Below, in pieces: positions 39,257 through 52,770 of a DNA stretch of 64,000 nt. The notes under the pieces are model-generated. The model made no database searches, was not told the origin of the DNA, and was given only the letters and a program-made list of their open reading frames with translations. The DNA comes from Epiperipatus broadwayi. Lineage: Eukaryota > Animalia > Onychophora. The stretch is from NCBI GenBank assembly GCA_028023455.1, contig JAQFVV010000002.1:26598001-26662000 (forward strand). Reading direction: 5' to 3'. The position numbers and the translations under genes are program-made. Position 1 is the stretch's first letter, and the number at the start of each line of letters is the position of its first letter.

Positions 39257-39753
39257 ATATCCTGTTTCTTTGCTAATCAAGTGTAGCGGAGAATTAGATT
39301 GTTTATAAAATAGTCTCAATCTTTATATGGCAGATATACATACGTATTACAATTATATTGTTACATATTCATTATAAATTCATTTTTCTCAGCATCAACC
39401 TTTTGGTATTAGCTCTGAAATCGAAAATTCCAGTTTGATACTAGATGGATTTTTCATCATTATTAATAATTGTTGCCATTTTTAAATGTTAATTCTGTGC
39501 TATTCATTGACAGAGAACTTTCTATCGATTATTAAGTTGTTTTCTAAATACATTTAGCATTAAAAAATGGTCAGTACTAAACTAATTTGAGTTACAAAAA
39601 TGTACTGGTAAATAGCACTAAGGTAAAAATAATTAATGATATAAATTGTAGAATTATTATTTACTTTTTAGAGTGAATTCAATCGCAAATCATCCCTCTC
39701 CTTATACATTTATATATTGATGATTTTTTTTGCTATGTTATCTTATATTTTAG

Positions 39754-39894
39754 GTCTGTTGAAAGATATAATTCTAATTTAAATATATGGGAAAGTGTTT
39801 GCTCAATGAATGAGACAAGATGTTGTTTTGGCACTGCAGTAGTTGGGGGTATGATCTACGCTGCTGGTGGTTATGGACCCCCTTGTCTGAACAG
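39754..39894 (+). CDS. Kelch-repeat protein, next internal exon
   Basis: Acceptor TATTTTAG, donor AG|GTAACT. In phase with the previous exon; encodes (R)SVERYNSNLNIWESVCSMNETRCCFGTAVVGGMIYAAGGYGPPCLN. Confidence 0.93.
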
Positions 39895-40044
39895 GTAACT
39901 GATAACTTAGTTGAAGTTATATAAATGTGGACACAAATTTTTTTTAAAAATTATTTTGTATATGAGGTCTATAATGTCTATATTTAAAATTAGATGTTAG
40001 ATGACTATGAGGTAATTATGAAAGATAATGTCTTAATTATGCTT

Positions 40045-41181
40045 AAACAAGATGTACCCAGCTTACGTAAAGAGCGTCTTTTTTTTAATTTATTTATTTA
40101 GCACATTTTTTTAAAGATTTAATGTGAACTAAACAAAAGATTTTAATATTATAGCAATAAATGTAACTATTATTGGTGGAATTAGTGTGAACTGTGTGAT
40201 GTTAAATGACATGACTTCAACTATATACTAAATTAAATTAAATGTAAATATGGTAATATACCATTTATTTTCTTACCTCATTAAATATCACATTTCAAAC
40301 ATGAATTTATGAAATGTAATCACATTTTCTTCATGATTTAAATACTATACCTATTCACTTCTGTATTATAGTTAAAAGCACATGTATTAATTTTTTTCAG
40401 AGCGTTTTTTATTAATGGCAGAATTACTTCCTTTGCATAAAATACACTTTGTAATAAAAATTATGTATTATTAAATATCAATGGTGGAATTACTTCCTTT
40501 GCATAAAATGTTTATAATATAAATTATGGTTTAGTTGGGTATAATTATTTATTGATTTTTTTTTTTTGACACTGTCAAATTCGTTGGGTTTGTAATTTGT
40601 TAAAGCAACCAATTAAAAAATGTAATTTGCTAAAGCAACCAATTAAAAGAATGTAATTTGCTAAAGCAACCAATTAAAAAAATGTAATTTGTTAAAACAA
40701 CCAATTAAAAAAATGTAATTTGTTAAAGCAACCAATTAAAAAAATGTAATTTGCTAAAGCAACCAATTAAAAGAATGTAATTTGCTAAAGCAACCAATTA
40801 AAAAAATGTAATTTGTTAAAGCAACCAATTAAAAAAATGTAATTTGTTAAAGCAACCAATTAAAAAAATGTAATTTGCTAAAGCAACCAATTAAAAAAAT
40901 GTAATTTGTTAAAGCAACCAATTAAAAAAATGTAATTTGTTAAAGCAACCAATTAAAAAAATGTAATTTGCTAAAACAACCAATTAAAAAAATGTAATTT
41001 GTTAAAGCAACCAATTAAAAAAATGTAATTTGCTAAAGCAACCAATTAAAAAAATGTAATTTGTTAAAGCAACCAATTAAAAAAATGTAATTTGCTAAAA
41101 CAACCAATTAAAAAAATGTAATTTGTTAAAGCAACCAATTAAACAGTATTGCAGACAAAATAGGGATTTTATATAAGAGAT
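40045..41181 (+). mobile_element. Possible Helitron/Helentron-type non-autonomous element enclosing the minisatellite
   Basis: The 5' AACAAGATGTACCCAGC and 3' GCAGACAAAA..TTTTATATAAGAGAT resemble the termini of insect non-autonomous Helitrons with central repeats. No TSD seen. Confidence 0.3.
40591..41142 (+). repeat. Minisatellite, ~18 copies of a 30-32 bp unit
   Basis: Unit TGTAATTTG(T/C)TAAA(G/A)CAACCAATTAAAAAAA, head-to-tail with no spacers. Confidence 0.97.
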
Positions 41182-42633
41182 AAGAATTTTATATTATATG
41201 ATTGTGAGTATTGGATTTAAGAAAACAAATTTTTTTTTTTCAAGATAAACGAGAATTTTTTAATAAAATATATGATTTTATAATACTCATCTTTCATTGC
41301 TTTATTAACAATGTGGTCAGTTGTTCTAGGGGTCAGGTGAAATTTGAGTATCAAAGCAATATTCAATAATCTTATTTAACTGACTAAATTGAGATCTTTA
41401 TTTTTACTTTCTTCATATGGGAATAGGTCCAGGAATCTGTAGCTCTTTAATCCATCATTTTTACCACTGTTTAAACTAGTCAAGGCATATTGTACATAAC
41501 AGTCATCAGGGAATCGTCTTGACCAAAATTGACTACAATGGAAAGTGAAAGAAGTTGGTTTTAACTGAGCGAATGAAAACTGGATATGTACTGAAAGAAT
41601 GGGTGGGGGGGGCATTGAATGTTTTTTAATCTTCCAAGAAAATTAACATTTTGAACTGAATCATCATCTTTATTAATAATCAAGAAATTAGAGCAGTTGT
41701 CATTAGACACAGAGCCCATCATGATTTGGTACAGTGATAGAGGGTAAGATTCTCAGATCAATTTCAGTTCTGATGAAGCCTTCTGTGATTCAAACTCCTT
41801 ATGAATTCTCAAGCAATACACAGGGAATATATTCAAAAAATTATAATTTGTATCTATTGTGGTAAAAAAGTATCCTTTGCTTTGCCGCACTTATATTATT
41901 TTTATATTAAAGTTCAGATTTTGTGTTTATTATAAATCCAATTGTAACTGTAGGCTATAATGTAAGAGCATGCATCAATGGCAAACCCAAACATCAATTT
42001 GTTTTCAGCTAAGGTAAATTTAAATTGTTGATGATATAATCAAAAATATTGGAAAATGTTCCTTTATGGCTCAACAAAAACAAGGGGAAAAAATGTAAAA
42101 TCAGTCCATATCAATTGAAAAGGAAATTAAATTGTTTTATGATTTGATTAAAAGATTAGAAATAATGTTTCTTGTGACTAAGCAAGGTTTAATTTGATGC
42201 AAGAGAAATTTCACTGGGAAGGAGGCCTCCACAAAATCATTACAAAGCTGAAAAAGACTAACACAGTAAACATGTGAGAGGAAACCAATCTTTTAGACAT
42301 GAGCTATTGGTATTAATTTGCTTGCATTCATCTGTCCATAGTGTTTTAAAAGTATAGTTGAATCACCTATGCTTACATTTTATTTTTTTATAAACCAACG
42401 CCTATTGACCATGCTTTCTATTGTGAGTCTCTTATTGATGGGTGAGCGCAAGAAATTTAAGTACCAATTTGCACATGTCTAAAAGATTGATTTCCTCTCA
42501 CACGATTTACATATATAGACCACTAATACATTAAACACAGTAAATTTAAAATTATTACAATTTTTAATTTACAAGTGTCAGTTTTTGCATTTATAATTTT
42601 GATACTAATCACTTCAGATAAGTACCTTAATGC

Positions 42634-42795
42634 TTACACCACTAAACATCACATGATCACTATCTCATACTAGCACAATAATTGTTATTGGATGAGTAGG
42701 CACTAGATAGGGATTTTATACACAAGCCTTCTGGCATCCATTGATCGCTCTTATTAGCACAAGATGGCACTACTATATGGAGAGTTTTGCTGTAT
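42634..42795. mobile_element. HHR repeat family B fragment (inverted plus forward piece, no ribozyme)
   Basis: A reverse CATCACATGATCAC arm joined to a forward ATTGGATGAGTAGG...GAGAGTTTTGC segment. Confidence 0.8.
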
Positions 42796-42898
42796 TTTGA
42801 AATGTTTAATACATTAATGCTTGTTATTAATCATTTATTAAACTAGAGATTATCTCTAATCAAATATAAACTTTAAAGCTCAGTTAAAGATTAATATG

Positions 42899-43445
42899 TA
42901 TATAATCAAAATTACCCCAAATTCACAACTCAACCAGACTAGTCAAGAAAATAAACTCTAAAATACTACCAATAGTTTCACTGCTATAAGCATATTTCTC
43001 AAATGTAAAGAACTACAAAGTAACAGCATATTTAAAGTAAACATTACACACAATTCCACTTATTTCCCACACACCCTTAATATTAAAAGAATTCTTAAAT
43101 AAGTTAATTGCTTCTGAGTCAGTAAGTTTTTAATAATAAAGATTCTTTAATTAATTAAAAAGAAGAATTAAAGAATCTTAATTAAATAAAAAGAAGAATT
43201 GAAGGATCTTTATTATTAAAAATTTATGATTCTGAAGCAATTAATTTATTGAAGAGTTCTTTTAATATTAAAAGTTTGTGGAATGTAAGTGGAATTCTGA
43301 GTAATATTTAGAACAAATTTGTTATTTTATAGTTCTTTACACTTGAGAAGTTTGCTTGTAGCAGTGAAACCATTGGTAGTGTTTTTAGAGTTTATTTTCT
43401 TGGCTAGTCTGGGTGAGTTGTGAATTTGGGGTAATTTTGATATAT
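42899..43445. mobile_element. Foldback element (~250-bp arms)
   Basis: ATCAAAATTACCCCAAATTCACAACTC..GACTAG versus CTAGTC..GAGTTGTGAATTTGGGGTAATTTTGAT, with inverted similarity continuing to the centre. Confidence 0.85.
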
Positions 43446-44744
43446 TTATTGACTAGTTTAGCTTTATGCTTTTAATGTTTGTATATATGAAAACACATGA
43501 AATAGTTTAATGTCATCTCTTTTTTTCCATATGTAATATCTTTTAAAACATACTTAAACGTCAACTTCACCACATATTCTGAAACATATGAATAAAAGCA
43601 TCTGATTTTTAAAGCATCATATTCTAAGATTATAGTTTAATTTTTGTTTAAGTAATATTTTTTTTAAGGTTTTATAGTTCATTTTTGTTCTTACAGTATT
43701 AATGATCATTTTAAATCCAGAAAAATCATTAATCTTGAAATCAAGATTCTCCTTTTAATATTATCAATCTTTACAATAAATGTACAATGTTTGCTCTAAT
43801 TTTTTTTAATAGCTATGCAGTGCTAAAATACTTTTGAGTGAAAAATATTCATACAAGATTAAATATGCTTAGTGTTTTGACACATGTTTTAATCAGTCCC
43901 ATACACACTATATATACATGTATGGTTGAGAGAAGTGAATGTATAAATGCTGATCTTCCCTATTATCTATTGTTTGTATTGTTTTTATAATAATACACTT
44001 ATCTTAAATTCATACAATCCACTTTAGTGCCTTATGTATTTATAATGTAATATTTTTTCTTTATAAACAAAAATTAACACTTATAAATTTTTCACTGCGT
44101 CTTATATATTTGTAAATGAAAAATGCGGGAATATGTTATGCGACAGTGAATATTAGAACATGAGCTATAGTCTTTCCTATATCCATTCTTCCATTATACT
44201 CCTGCCATCATTTGATATGTAGTGAATGTACATGCTATTCATTGATATATATGTATGGTTGACATTGGATTTAAGAGCTGCAGAGTTTCAAGTTCAAGTT
44301 AAACTCTGTATAGTTTTAAAGCTATAAATATCATTTATTAGGTAGACTGTATCTTTATGGTGTAATGGAAAATAATCAAAGTGTGAGCTTAAAAAGAACA
44401 CGCGAGTTAACCAACCATTTGGATGCAAGCACATTTTAATTTAAAATTGTACGCATATAAGTCTTCCAACAAAATCTATAGATTATATTTAAAAGCCAAT
44501 AGTTAGAAAATCATTTCTTCACTGTAAAGCATAATTGGGGGCGAATTATCATTTTTTAGATTTCTAAAAATCACTTAATAATAATAAAACATAAATAAGT
44601 TATAGCTGTCACTTATGTATTGTAACGAACACTAGAGATTTGACAGTATCTCGATTTATTTCAGTTTTCAACTATCGGAGCTTCGCAAATTAAAATATTA
44701 TTTATAAATAAGTTATATATTCCTAGTGTATCTCACTTTGCCTT

Positions 44745-45228
44745 CCAATAATGGTCTAGTCCTGATCCCAACTTATTTTGATTGGATTGAGCATGCAATG
44801 ATAAGAACAGGCCAATAGGTGATAATGCTCACCGAATCCTATTGTTCTCATTATGCATGGTGATCTGGCCATAAATAGTAAATCCATTTGAAGGTAAGAG
44901 CAGACAACAACTATCAAAGCTGAAAGGTAGTATGTTGATTATCCATTATATGGTTAATGCATGAGGCAGGTCCATGTTCAGGACTGGAAATTTCTAGAAC
45001 CTAAATCAGACACAAGGCAAACTGTCATAGTACAGCCAAAAGTATCACTGTATCTACTCATGAGACAGACTATCATGGATGGCACAGCTGGAAGTGGTAG
45101 TTAAACTTATAAGGACACTTGAATTCTCTTTCTATGCTGATATAGCAACTAAAATCTATACCTAAAAATGGTAGCAGGTGAAAGTATAACATTATATATA
45201 TAGTGTAAATACAGAATTGTATATTTGT
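44745..45228 (+). repeat. Unclassified repeat family C, copy 1
   Basis: Shares CTAGTCC.GATCCC, TAAGAACAGGCCAATAG, CTGGAAGTGGTAG and GGTAGCA.G.GAAA with 58088-58710. Confidence 0.55.
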
Positions 45229-45472
45229 AATTATATAACCATTAGAAACCAACTAGTAAACACCTAAACATTCACAATAAAGATAGTAATCGATATTTCT
45301 CATTGCTGCCAAGACAGCCTTCTCACCTTTTAATAGCAAGAATGGACCATTAGTAGGAGTGGATTTCTATTCTTGCTATTAAAATGTGAGAAGGTTGCCT
45401 TGACAGCAGTGAGAAATATTGATAGTGAATGTTTAGGTGGTTACTGGTTGGTTTCTAATGGTTACATAATTA
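45229..45472. mobile_element. Foldback MITE (~110-bp arms)
   Basis: AACCATTAGAAACCAAC..TAATAGCAAGAAT versus ATTCTTGCTATTA..GTTGGTTTCTAATGGTT. A second copy lies at about 25405. Confidence 0.8.
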
Positions 45473-45967
45473 TCCCATTTAGCTTTAAGCATTATTTCAC
45501 TTATTATTGTAATTATATACATGTTGCTAACTTTTCTTAGACAAATTATAATTCAATTAAATTATAAATTCTAAGAACGCTTTGATAAGAAAAGCTTAAG
45601 TTTCGACGTTTGTTACAATATCATGCTAAGCCACTTTCGATTTCTTAATCTGACATCATTTTCATAGTATTTATATATATTTGTTTCATTAATAAATATT
45701 ATAAATGTATTTCTTAAAGTTTGTGTTTATATCATAATCATGCCTAAAACACATCAATTCCATATTGAATTATGTCTGTGTTGGTTTTTTTAGTAACTAA
45801 ATGTTTCCTTGTAATCATGTTATTTATTTAAAATAAAATTGTTCTATGTCAATAGTATTCTTGACAGAGAACTCATCAAATTTGTATTGCAATAGAGGTA
45901 TATACATGTATATAGACATAATGTAGCAAATTAATCACACTGTTAAAATAAAATCTTACAGATATTT

Positions 45968-46067
45968 CTCTCATGTGTCATAGCCTCAGCCGGGAAGCAA
46001 ACCCGCTAACCTGGGACAACTGCTTGTAAAACAGCTGTCTCTGACCTCTCAACCACCAATGCTCGAC
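45968..46067 (-). mobile_element. tRNA-derived SINE, family 1, with 18-bp TSD
   Basis: AAAATCTTACAGATATTT at 45950-45967 and 46068-46085. Confidence 0.9.
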
Positions 46068-46534
46068 AAAATCTTACAGATATTTAACAGCTATTACACA
46101 TATATTTACATGTCTGTTTTTTTAACTTTTTCAGAGAAATTTTTTTTATAATATTTATAATTATTGGATATATTTAATTCAATAGCAGTAAATAAAATTT
46201 CAAAATAAGAAAACACAACCACTTTTTAAAGAATCCATCTGTTCACTGTAAAACTTGAAATTTCATTTTGCATCTACACATAACAGTATAGCGTGTATCT
46301 TTGATTAAACTAGAACGGATCACCTTAGTTCAAGATCAGAACTTGAGAATTTCTCATAGTGGAACTTATGGAACACCTAAGAAGAAAAGTTTTTTTTTTA
46401 TTTGCATGAGTGCATTAATGGCTAGAAGGATTCAAATTTAAAGATATCAGGGTCGAACTCAGCAGCCCAGGCATAAAATTAATTGCTATTAAATAGCCAC
46501 ATAAAAAAATTGATAATGTGGTAAGGATATAGAC

Positions 46535-49459
46535 CAATGGTGAGCAAATGTGGCCCTCAGAGCTTAGGTGAGTTAAGTGCGGCTCCTATTGAAATCTGAT
46601 TTTACTTTTATTATTTCAGTTTTTTTTTTTAATTGCACAAAAACTTGTAATATGATAGAAATTTTTATCAAACATTTTTATTACTTATTTTATTATAAAT
46701 TACATCATATATGTATGTATATGCTATTTTGAAATATATTGGCAAACTGTATGTTAAGGATATTCTTCGAATCTTATAAAAATTACATATGCATGCGGTG
46801 TGATCATGTACATACTTACGATTTGCGCAATTTTGCGATTCTATATTTCAGTGATAGTTTTCCTATCAGCTAAATGTCCTATTTCATTTTTTTTTTATTT
46901 TTAAAAATCCGGTTAAGTAGACTGTTTTATTAAGCAATTTAAACTTGTTTAGGATGTGTAATTTTTCCAGAGCAAGTGTTCTAAAGTCATGGTACAGGCT
47001 AAGAAAATTATTTTAATTGTTTATAATTAGTGCACTTAGAAATTCATGTTTTTTAAAATCACTTATATAAAAAACTCTTGAAAATAAAACTGGAAAACAT
47101 TTCCTTGATTTTGGTTATTTTGTTTCTGTTTTTGGTGGTAAATAAGAAAAAAACTGATGTTTAAGAATTATCAGGCAAATATCAAATAAAAATAAATATA
47201 GTCCAAAATTGCTATTATTCTAAATTGTTTTTATTCTTATTTTATTTTAAGAAGCCATGTTCCTTTGACAATTTATTGTACCATGTACGAATCTTTTAAA
47301 ACAAAAATTAATATCTAGACATTTTAATTAACTATTTATTTGTGTATTTTGTTTGAATTTTAGGCTTTAGAAATAAATTTACTTAAATTTTATGTTATCA
47401 TGACCTCAGAAAATAAAAAACGAAAATACCAACAAGAAAATAGAAGCTTTCAGAAAGAATGGATAAGAAAATTTGATTTTATTGTCAATAATGGAAAGTC
47501 ATTTTGTCTTATTTGTTAAGTTGCAATTGCAAACTACAAAGTAAGCAATTTAAGTTGACATTATGAAATAAGTCATTCCCATTTTTTAACTCTATATCCA
47601 CAAAATTCAAAATTGCAAAAAGAGGAAACCTAAGTGATTGGAATCAGGTCTTCATATGCAAAAAGGATTTTAGTCATGAAGATGAACCAGTGAAGCTAGT
47701 TTTTTTGGTAACTAGGAATATTACTCATGCCAAATGTCCTTATAGAGGAGAATTTATGAAAATAAATTTGGAATAAGTGATTAAAGTTTTGGATCCAGAT
47801 AATACAAAACTGTATATATTAATCACACAAGATCTTATGTCACACCATACAACTGAGCATCGTATTAGTGAAATTAAAATGTTAAAGATAGTTCGATGTG
47901 TGATTTAAAAAATTATACAGCATTCAGTTTAGCTCTTGATGAGTCCACAGACATTCAGGATATTCCACAATTGGCCATTTTTGTTCACTATTTATCAGCA
48001 GATGAAAATGTGAAGAAAGAAATGTTAGACCTAATAGCTTTTACTGAAACAACTCACAGTATCGATGTCAAAAATGTGCTTGATGAAGTAATGAACAGGC
48101 TTGAATCGCCTTGTGATGACCTTGTCAGTATTGTGACTCATGGTGCCCCTGCAATGATAGGGAGAAATCTAAGTCTTATTGTGCTTTTAAACAGTGATCC
48201 TAAAATTCCATATTTTGTATCTCTTCACTGCATAATTTGTGAGTATCTGGTAATGAAGTACTTAAAATATGAAAATGTGTGGAAGATTGTTTTGAGATTG
48301 TGAATTTAATTAGAACAAATGCCAAAACACACCATCATTTTAAGAACTTTTTAGAAGAATTAAATGACAAAACAGATGAATTGCCCAGTGATCTTTCCTT
48401 ACAGTCTGTTATAAGATGGCTGGCAACCTACAATGTTTTGAGCCATTTTGTGGAACTCCTAAAGTCTATCAAACATTTTTAAAAGGAAAAGGGAAAAAAT
48501 ACTCAGAATTAGAAAAAGAAACTTGGCTTGCTGACTTTATGTTTTTTACAGACATTATGGAATATGCAAACACTTAATTTGGCTTTACAAGGAAAGAGGA
48601 AAATGATTAGTCATTTGTCATAAACTGTTTTTAATTTTGAACTTAAACATTGGCTTTTTGTGCTTAATCTTATGTCCAGAATATTAAATCATTTTCCATG
48701 AATAAAGGCAAATATAATCAATACCAAAGAAGAAAAATTAGACAAATATAAAGTTGGATGGATTGCAAGTGGATTTCAAATGTAGGTTTGAAGATTTGCA
48801 AAGTTTTAAATCTATATTTGCATATTTTGTGAATCCATTTATTTGAGATATTATTGAAGATGGATTTCCAACTTCTGAAATATTTGTCGAAACAGTGGCT
48901 GGGGAATTGGAGTTTTTAGAGATGAAAGAGGATCAGTCATTGTAAATGCGTCACAAATCTAGTTCTTTAATTGAATTTTGGAAACTCGTGCCAGAATCAA
49001 AGTATCCGCACTTAAAGAAAACTACTTGCCATGTAATTTTGATTTTTGGTACAACATATTGCTGTGAATTATTATACTCCATGATGAAATTTGTGAAGTC
49101 AAAATAACTTCACACTTGACCAATCAGCATCTTACAGAATTGCTGTGAATAGCTTTAACAAATTATATGCCACATTTCAAAGATTTGACCGAAGATCTTC
49201 ATTAAATGTTATACTTTTTATTAATGAATTTTTATTATATATTTATTTTTAAATAATTATTTTGTATTTTATTTCTTCTTTTATATACTTTACACAATAC
49301 TTAAAACTTGTGTAGAATATGTCATCATATTAATTAAGTTAAATAAAATTTGACTATATGTATTTATTTTTGTGTACTTAAATAATGTGATGCGGTTCTT
49401 TACAATACATGAAAAACTGGCATGCAGCTATCATTGACTACATGGGTGCTCACCCCCTG
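46535..49459 (+). mobile_element. Full-length decayed hAT transposon (Charlie/SPIN-type), 2925 bp
   Basis: TIRs CAATGGTGAGCA and TGCTCACCCCCTG. Degenerate 8-bp TSD ATATAGAC / GTATAGAT with a central TA. Confidence 0.8.
47400..49204 (+). pseudogene. hAT transposase (GTF2IRD2/ZBED8-like clade), multiple stops and frameshifts
   Basis: KRK..ENR.FQ.EW zinc-finger start, FSLALDESTDIQDIPQLAIFV, THGAPAMIG, SLHCII, RWL and WL.DF.F.TDI motifs. Confidence 0.93.
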
Positions 49460-50565
49460 GTATAGATGAACGTGAATGGCTTTATTGCTCGTGAGCCTGT
49501 AAGAGGTTTGAGCACTAAAAGTGATAGAACTGGGCATGATCCATAGATTTTAAGCTCCAAATTCTAAACTCTGTCAATGCACCAGATCATATAAGGCAAA
49601 AAATGGTCCCATGGATTTATTGCTCAGGAATTCATAAGAAGTTGGAGTATAGGAAATGATAGAACTGGAATCTATTTGAGGACCTTTCTAGAATCTGATA
49701 CTATACTGCTGCTCTAAACCACTTAGGACAATGATATGAGTAGAGATGATTTTATGCAAATGTTTAAACTAAGCACCATTTTAAAAAGTAGGCTCACAAT
49801 CTTTATTCAGAATGTTTTATGATTGGTGTAAATTATAAAAGATAATACATCAATTACTTAAGTATGTCAATTTCTATAAATTTTTCCTTTTTTTCATTTT
49901 TATTTTGTAATTCAATACGGAGCATAGTTCACTCCAAAGGAAAGATTAACAAAACTACAAATTAACTCCAGCATGACTTGCCTGGTCAGAAGCAGTGCTA
50001 AACTGTAGTTAATTTGTAGTCTTGGTCATTCTTCTTTTATAGCGAACTACATCCATGTTGAATTAAATATGTCATGTTATTAATAATTTTATTTCTGATA
50101 GATAGGTTTTCTATTATGTGTAGTGATATACCTATATAATATCATTCATAACAAACCATAATATCGGTAATTCGAATAATATTATAATGTTTATTTACAT
50201 TACACAACCATCACTGAGAACCGTTGTGGCAGATGATCAGTTAATAAAAGAAAGGATTAATTAGTCAATAAAAATTCATTACATGTATGTGGAATGAGAT
50301 CTCCTGGGAATTAACTTGTAATACTAATCTTTCCTAAAGATTTTTTTTCCCTGTAGTTTCTCTCATTATTATACATAAATTGACAAGTAAGCAACCAATG
50401 TGGACCTTCTTCTAAGAAAATGTAAGAGATGTTCACCTTCCTTTTGATGATTATCATCTTTATTTTATCCTGGTCTTAATACGTCAGCCAATAACAATGC
50501 TATAAATAACTAATCTATTATTACTGTTGAAATTTATCTAACAATATATTTATTATTGGATATAA

Positions 50566-50918
50566 TTATATAAGGGGTTTGAACCCAGACTTTCAAGCTT
50601 CTTTCAACTATCCACTATTTCATACAACCAATGCACATGACTACACACATGGGAAAAAGATAAATGATTTCCAATATACATATTTCATGCTGAAGCAGCA
50701 CTTTATTAGTCAGTCCAGATCATCATCTCCACCCATAGACACAATCAATGCTTGGTTTATATTAAGATAGTATATCTTCAAACTTTAATGGACAGGCTTC
50801 AATCTATTCCACCCTCCAACTCTTCAGCCATACATACCATTGAAAATCTGATCGCAAAAGGCCCAAATCTCTTGTTGATGCCAATATTATTGTCATAACC
50901 ATGTTGACCTTAAGTGAC
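50566..50918 (-). mobile_element. HHR repeat family A, single copy; ribozyme dead
   Basis: Homologous to 10121-10470. The core reads CTAATAA instead of CTGATGA. Confidence 0.85.
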
Positions 50919-51231
50919 ATAAGATTTACAACTTTTGAAAATTCAACATACGTCTAGATGTTTTTTCAAGGTATGCATTATATACAATCAAATCTCTCTA
51001 TATAATACAATGTTTGAACATGTCTGTAAATCAATACACACAAGTTGTTTTTTTTTTTTATTCAACCAGTCTAAACTCTTGTTATTTCTATTAGAAGATA
51101 TTGAAGTCTGTTTAGTCACAATCTGATGTCGTTACATTTAGTTTTTTATATTTAGAAGAAACCAAAGATCTTTATGTGATTCTTCAGTTTTATTTTGATT
51201 TTGTAAATAAAGATCACTTATATAAAAGTCC

Positions 51232-51486
51232 ACGTATTGGGTTAAAAGCCTGAAGTGGAGTCGAGCTGGTCAAATTGCTAGAAGAGATGATAATAGGACA
51301 GTTGAAATTTTGAACGGGATTCCAAGATTGTAAAAGACCCAGAAAGAGACCACATGTGAGATGGATGGATGAAATAAGAAAGAGTGCAGGGGTGATGTGG
51401 AGAAGAGAAGCTAAAGATAGGAAAAGATGGATTGAACTTGGAGAGACCTTCATCCTGCAGTGGATTGATAATGGTTGATGATGATT
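51232..51486 (+). mobile_element. RTE LINE 3' end, same family as 31242-31877
   Basis: Near-identical to the 3' 250 bp of the 31 kb copy and ends in TGATGATGA. Confidence 0.9.
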
Positions 51487-52099
51487 GGGTTACTAAATAA
51501 AAAAGTTTCAGTCTATCTTGTTTATTGTTCAGTTATATTTATTTTGGGCACTTAATTACAAATTCAGTACTGCATTTAACTTATTCTTGAGATATGTGTT
51601 AAATGATATGGTTTAAAAAGGTATTAATGAGTCTGAAAGTAAATAAAATAAAACGAAACAACAACAGCGACAATAAAATAATTGTGGTAAGAGAAAGAAG
51701 TTATTTCAATGTTTAGAATTCTTGCTTTTGGTTAAATGCAAAATATTTGGAAAATTATTTTTTGTAGTATTATTTAGGTCAACTATAATTTGAAACTTGA
51801 AACCAATATTTGAAATATTTTTTGCATGATAAGAAAGCATTAAAATTAATTAAATGTAAAAGGTTTATTTTATATGATTTTTATTTTTAATAAATTGTTT
51901 CAAATGTCAAATTGTACACGCACACATACAAGCACGCATATACATATCTAATAAAATGGTAAAGAATTTTATAACAAACATAAGGTGAATTTCAAAGTGA
52001 ATTTATTAGAGTCTGATCAACTGTGATAATATTTAAAACTTCAGAATAGTTTAATGTTTTAAGATTGATTGTCTCAAGATGAGGACTGTTAAAGGAACC

Positions 52100-52770
52100 A
52101 GATGATGTTGTAAATCCACGCATTCTTCGATTGCTTAACACCCTGCCCCATATGGACTCCTCTATAAAATCAAGGAAACTAATTATTGAACACTTCATTA
52201 TCCATCAAAACTATTATGAGGTTTGTAAAAATAACACCAACAATTGAGTTCATCTTAAAGTCCTGTTTTCTATTGGTGTCACACACACATTAGGATTGGT
52301 TAATGAATGATTGGAAAAGATTTATATAGTGAGATGAAATGGGCATAATTGGCAAAATTTAGGAAGTCACTTCTTAGTATTCTTTTGCTTCAATCATTAC
52401 ATCAATACATTCCAACTGCAGTCTCTTTGACTATTTTGGAGAACCAGATTAATCCCATGAGAAAAATTTGTTTTTAAAGAAGGTGCATACAAATATGGAG
52501 GAAAACGAAGCTTATATTATACACTATCAATGTCACTTCAAAATAATAAATTTAAAGATTGTAACATTTTTATTGGACTATTTTTTTGAACACTGAGTGA
52601 GAGAGAAATCAATATTTTACTATTTTTACTGGACAATTTTCTTCACGAAGAATAATTTAATATTACCCAAGATGCAACTATTATATAATTCCATTCCATG
52701 TAGAATGCAAGCAATTTATGATACAAATGGTGATCTATTGCCAATCCTTCTTTATTATTAATGGGTTTTA
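52100..52770 (+). pseudogene. Tc1-family transposase relic
   Basis: A degenerate SPDLNPIE-like segment near 52445 and LYNSIPCRMQAIYDTNG near 52700 (Tc1 C-terminal L..SMP.R..AVI...G). Confidence 0.5.

Noticed and set aside
40591-41142. 31-bp repeat array as a CRISPR
   Set aside because: The units are head-to-tail with no unique spacers, there are no cas genes, and the context is eukaryotic.
41470-41800. CTGATGA motifs at about 41505 (-) and 41770 (+)
   Set aside because: Neither has the GAAA and UH elements. The second lies in a decayed family 2 SINE.
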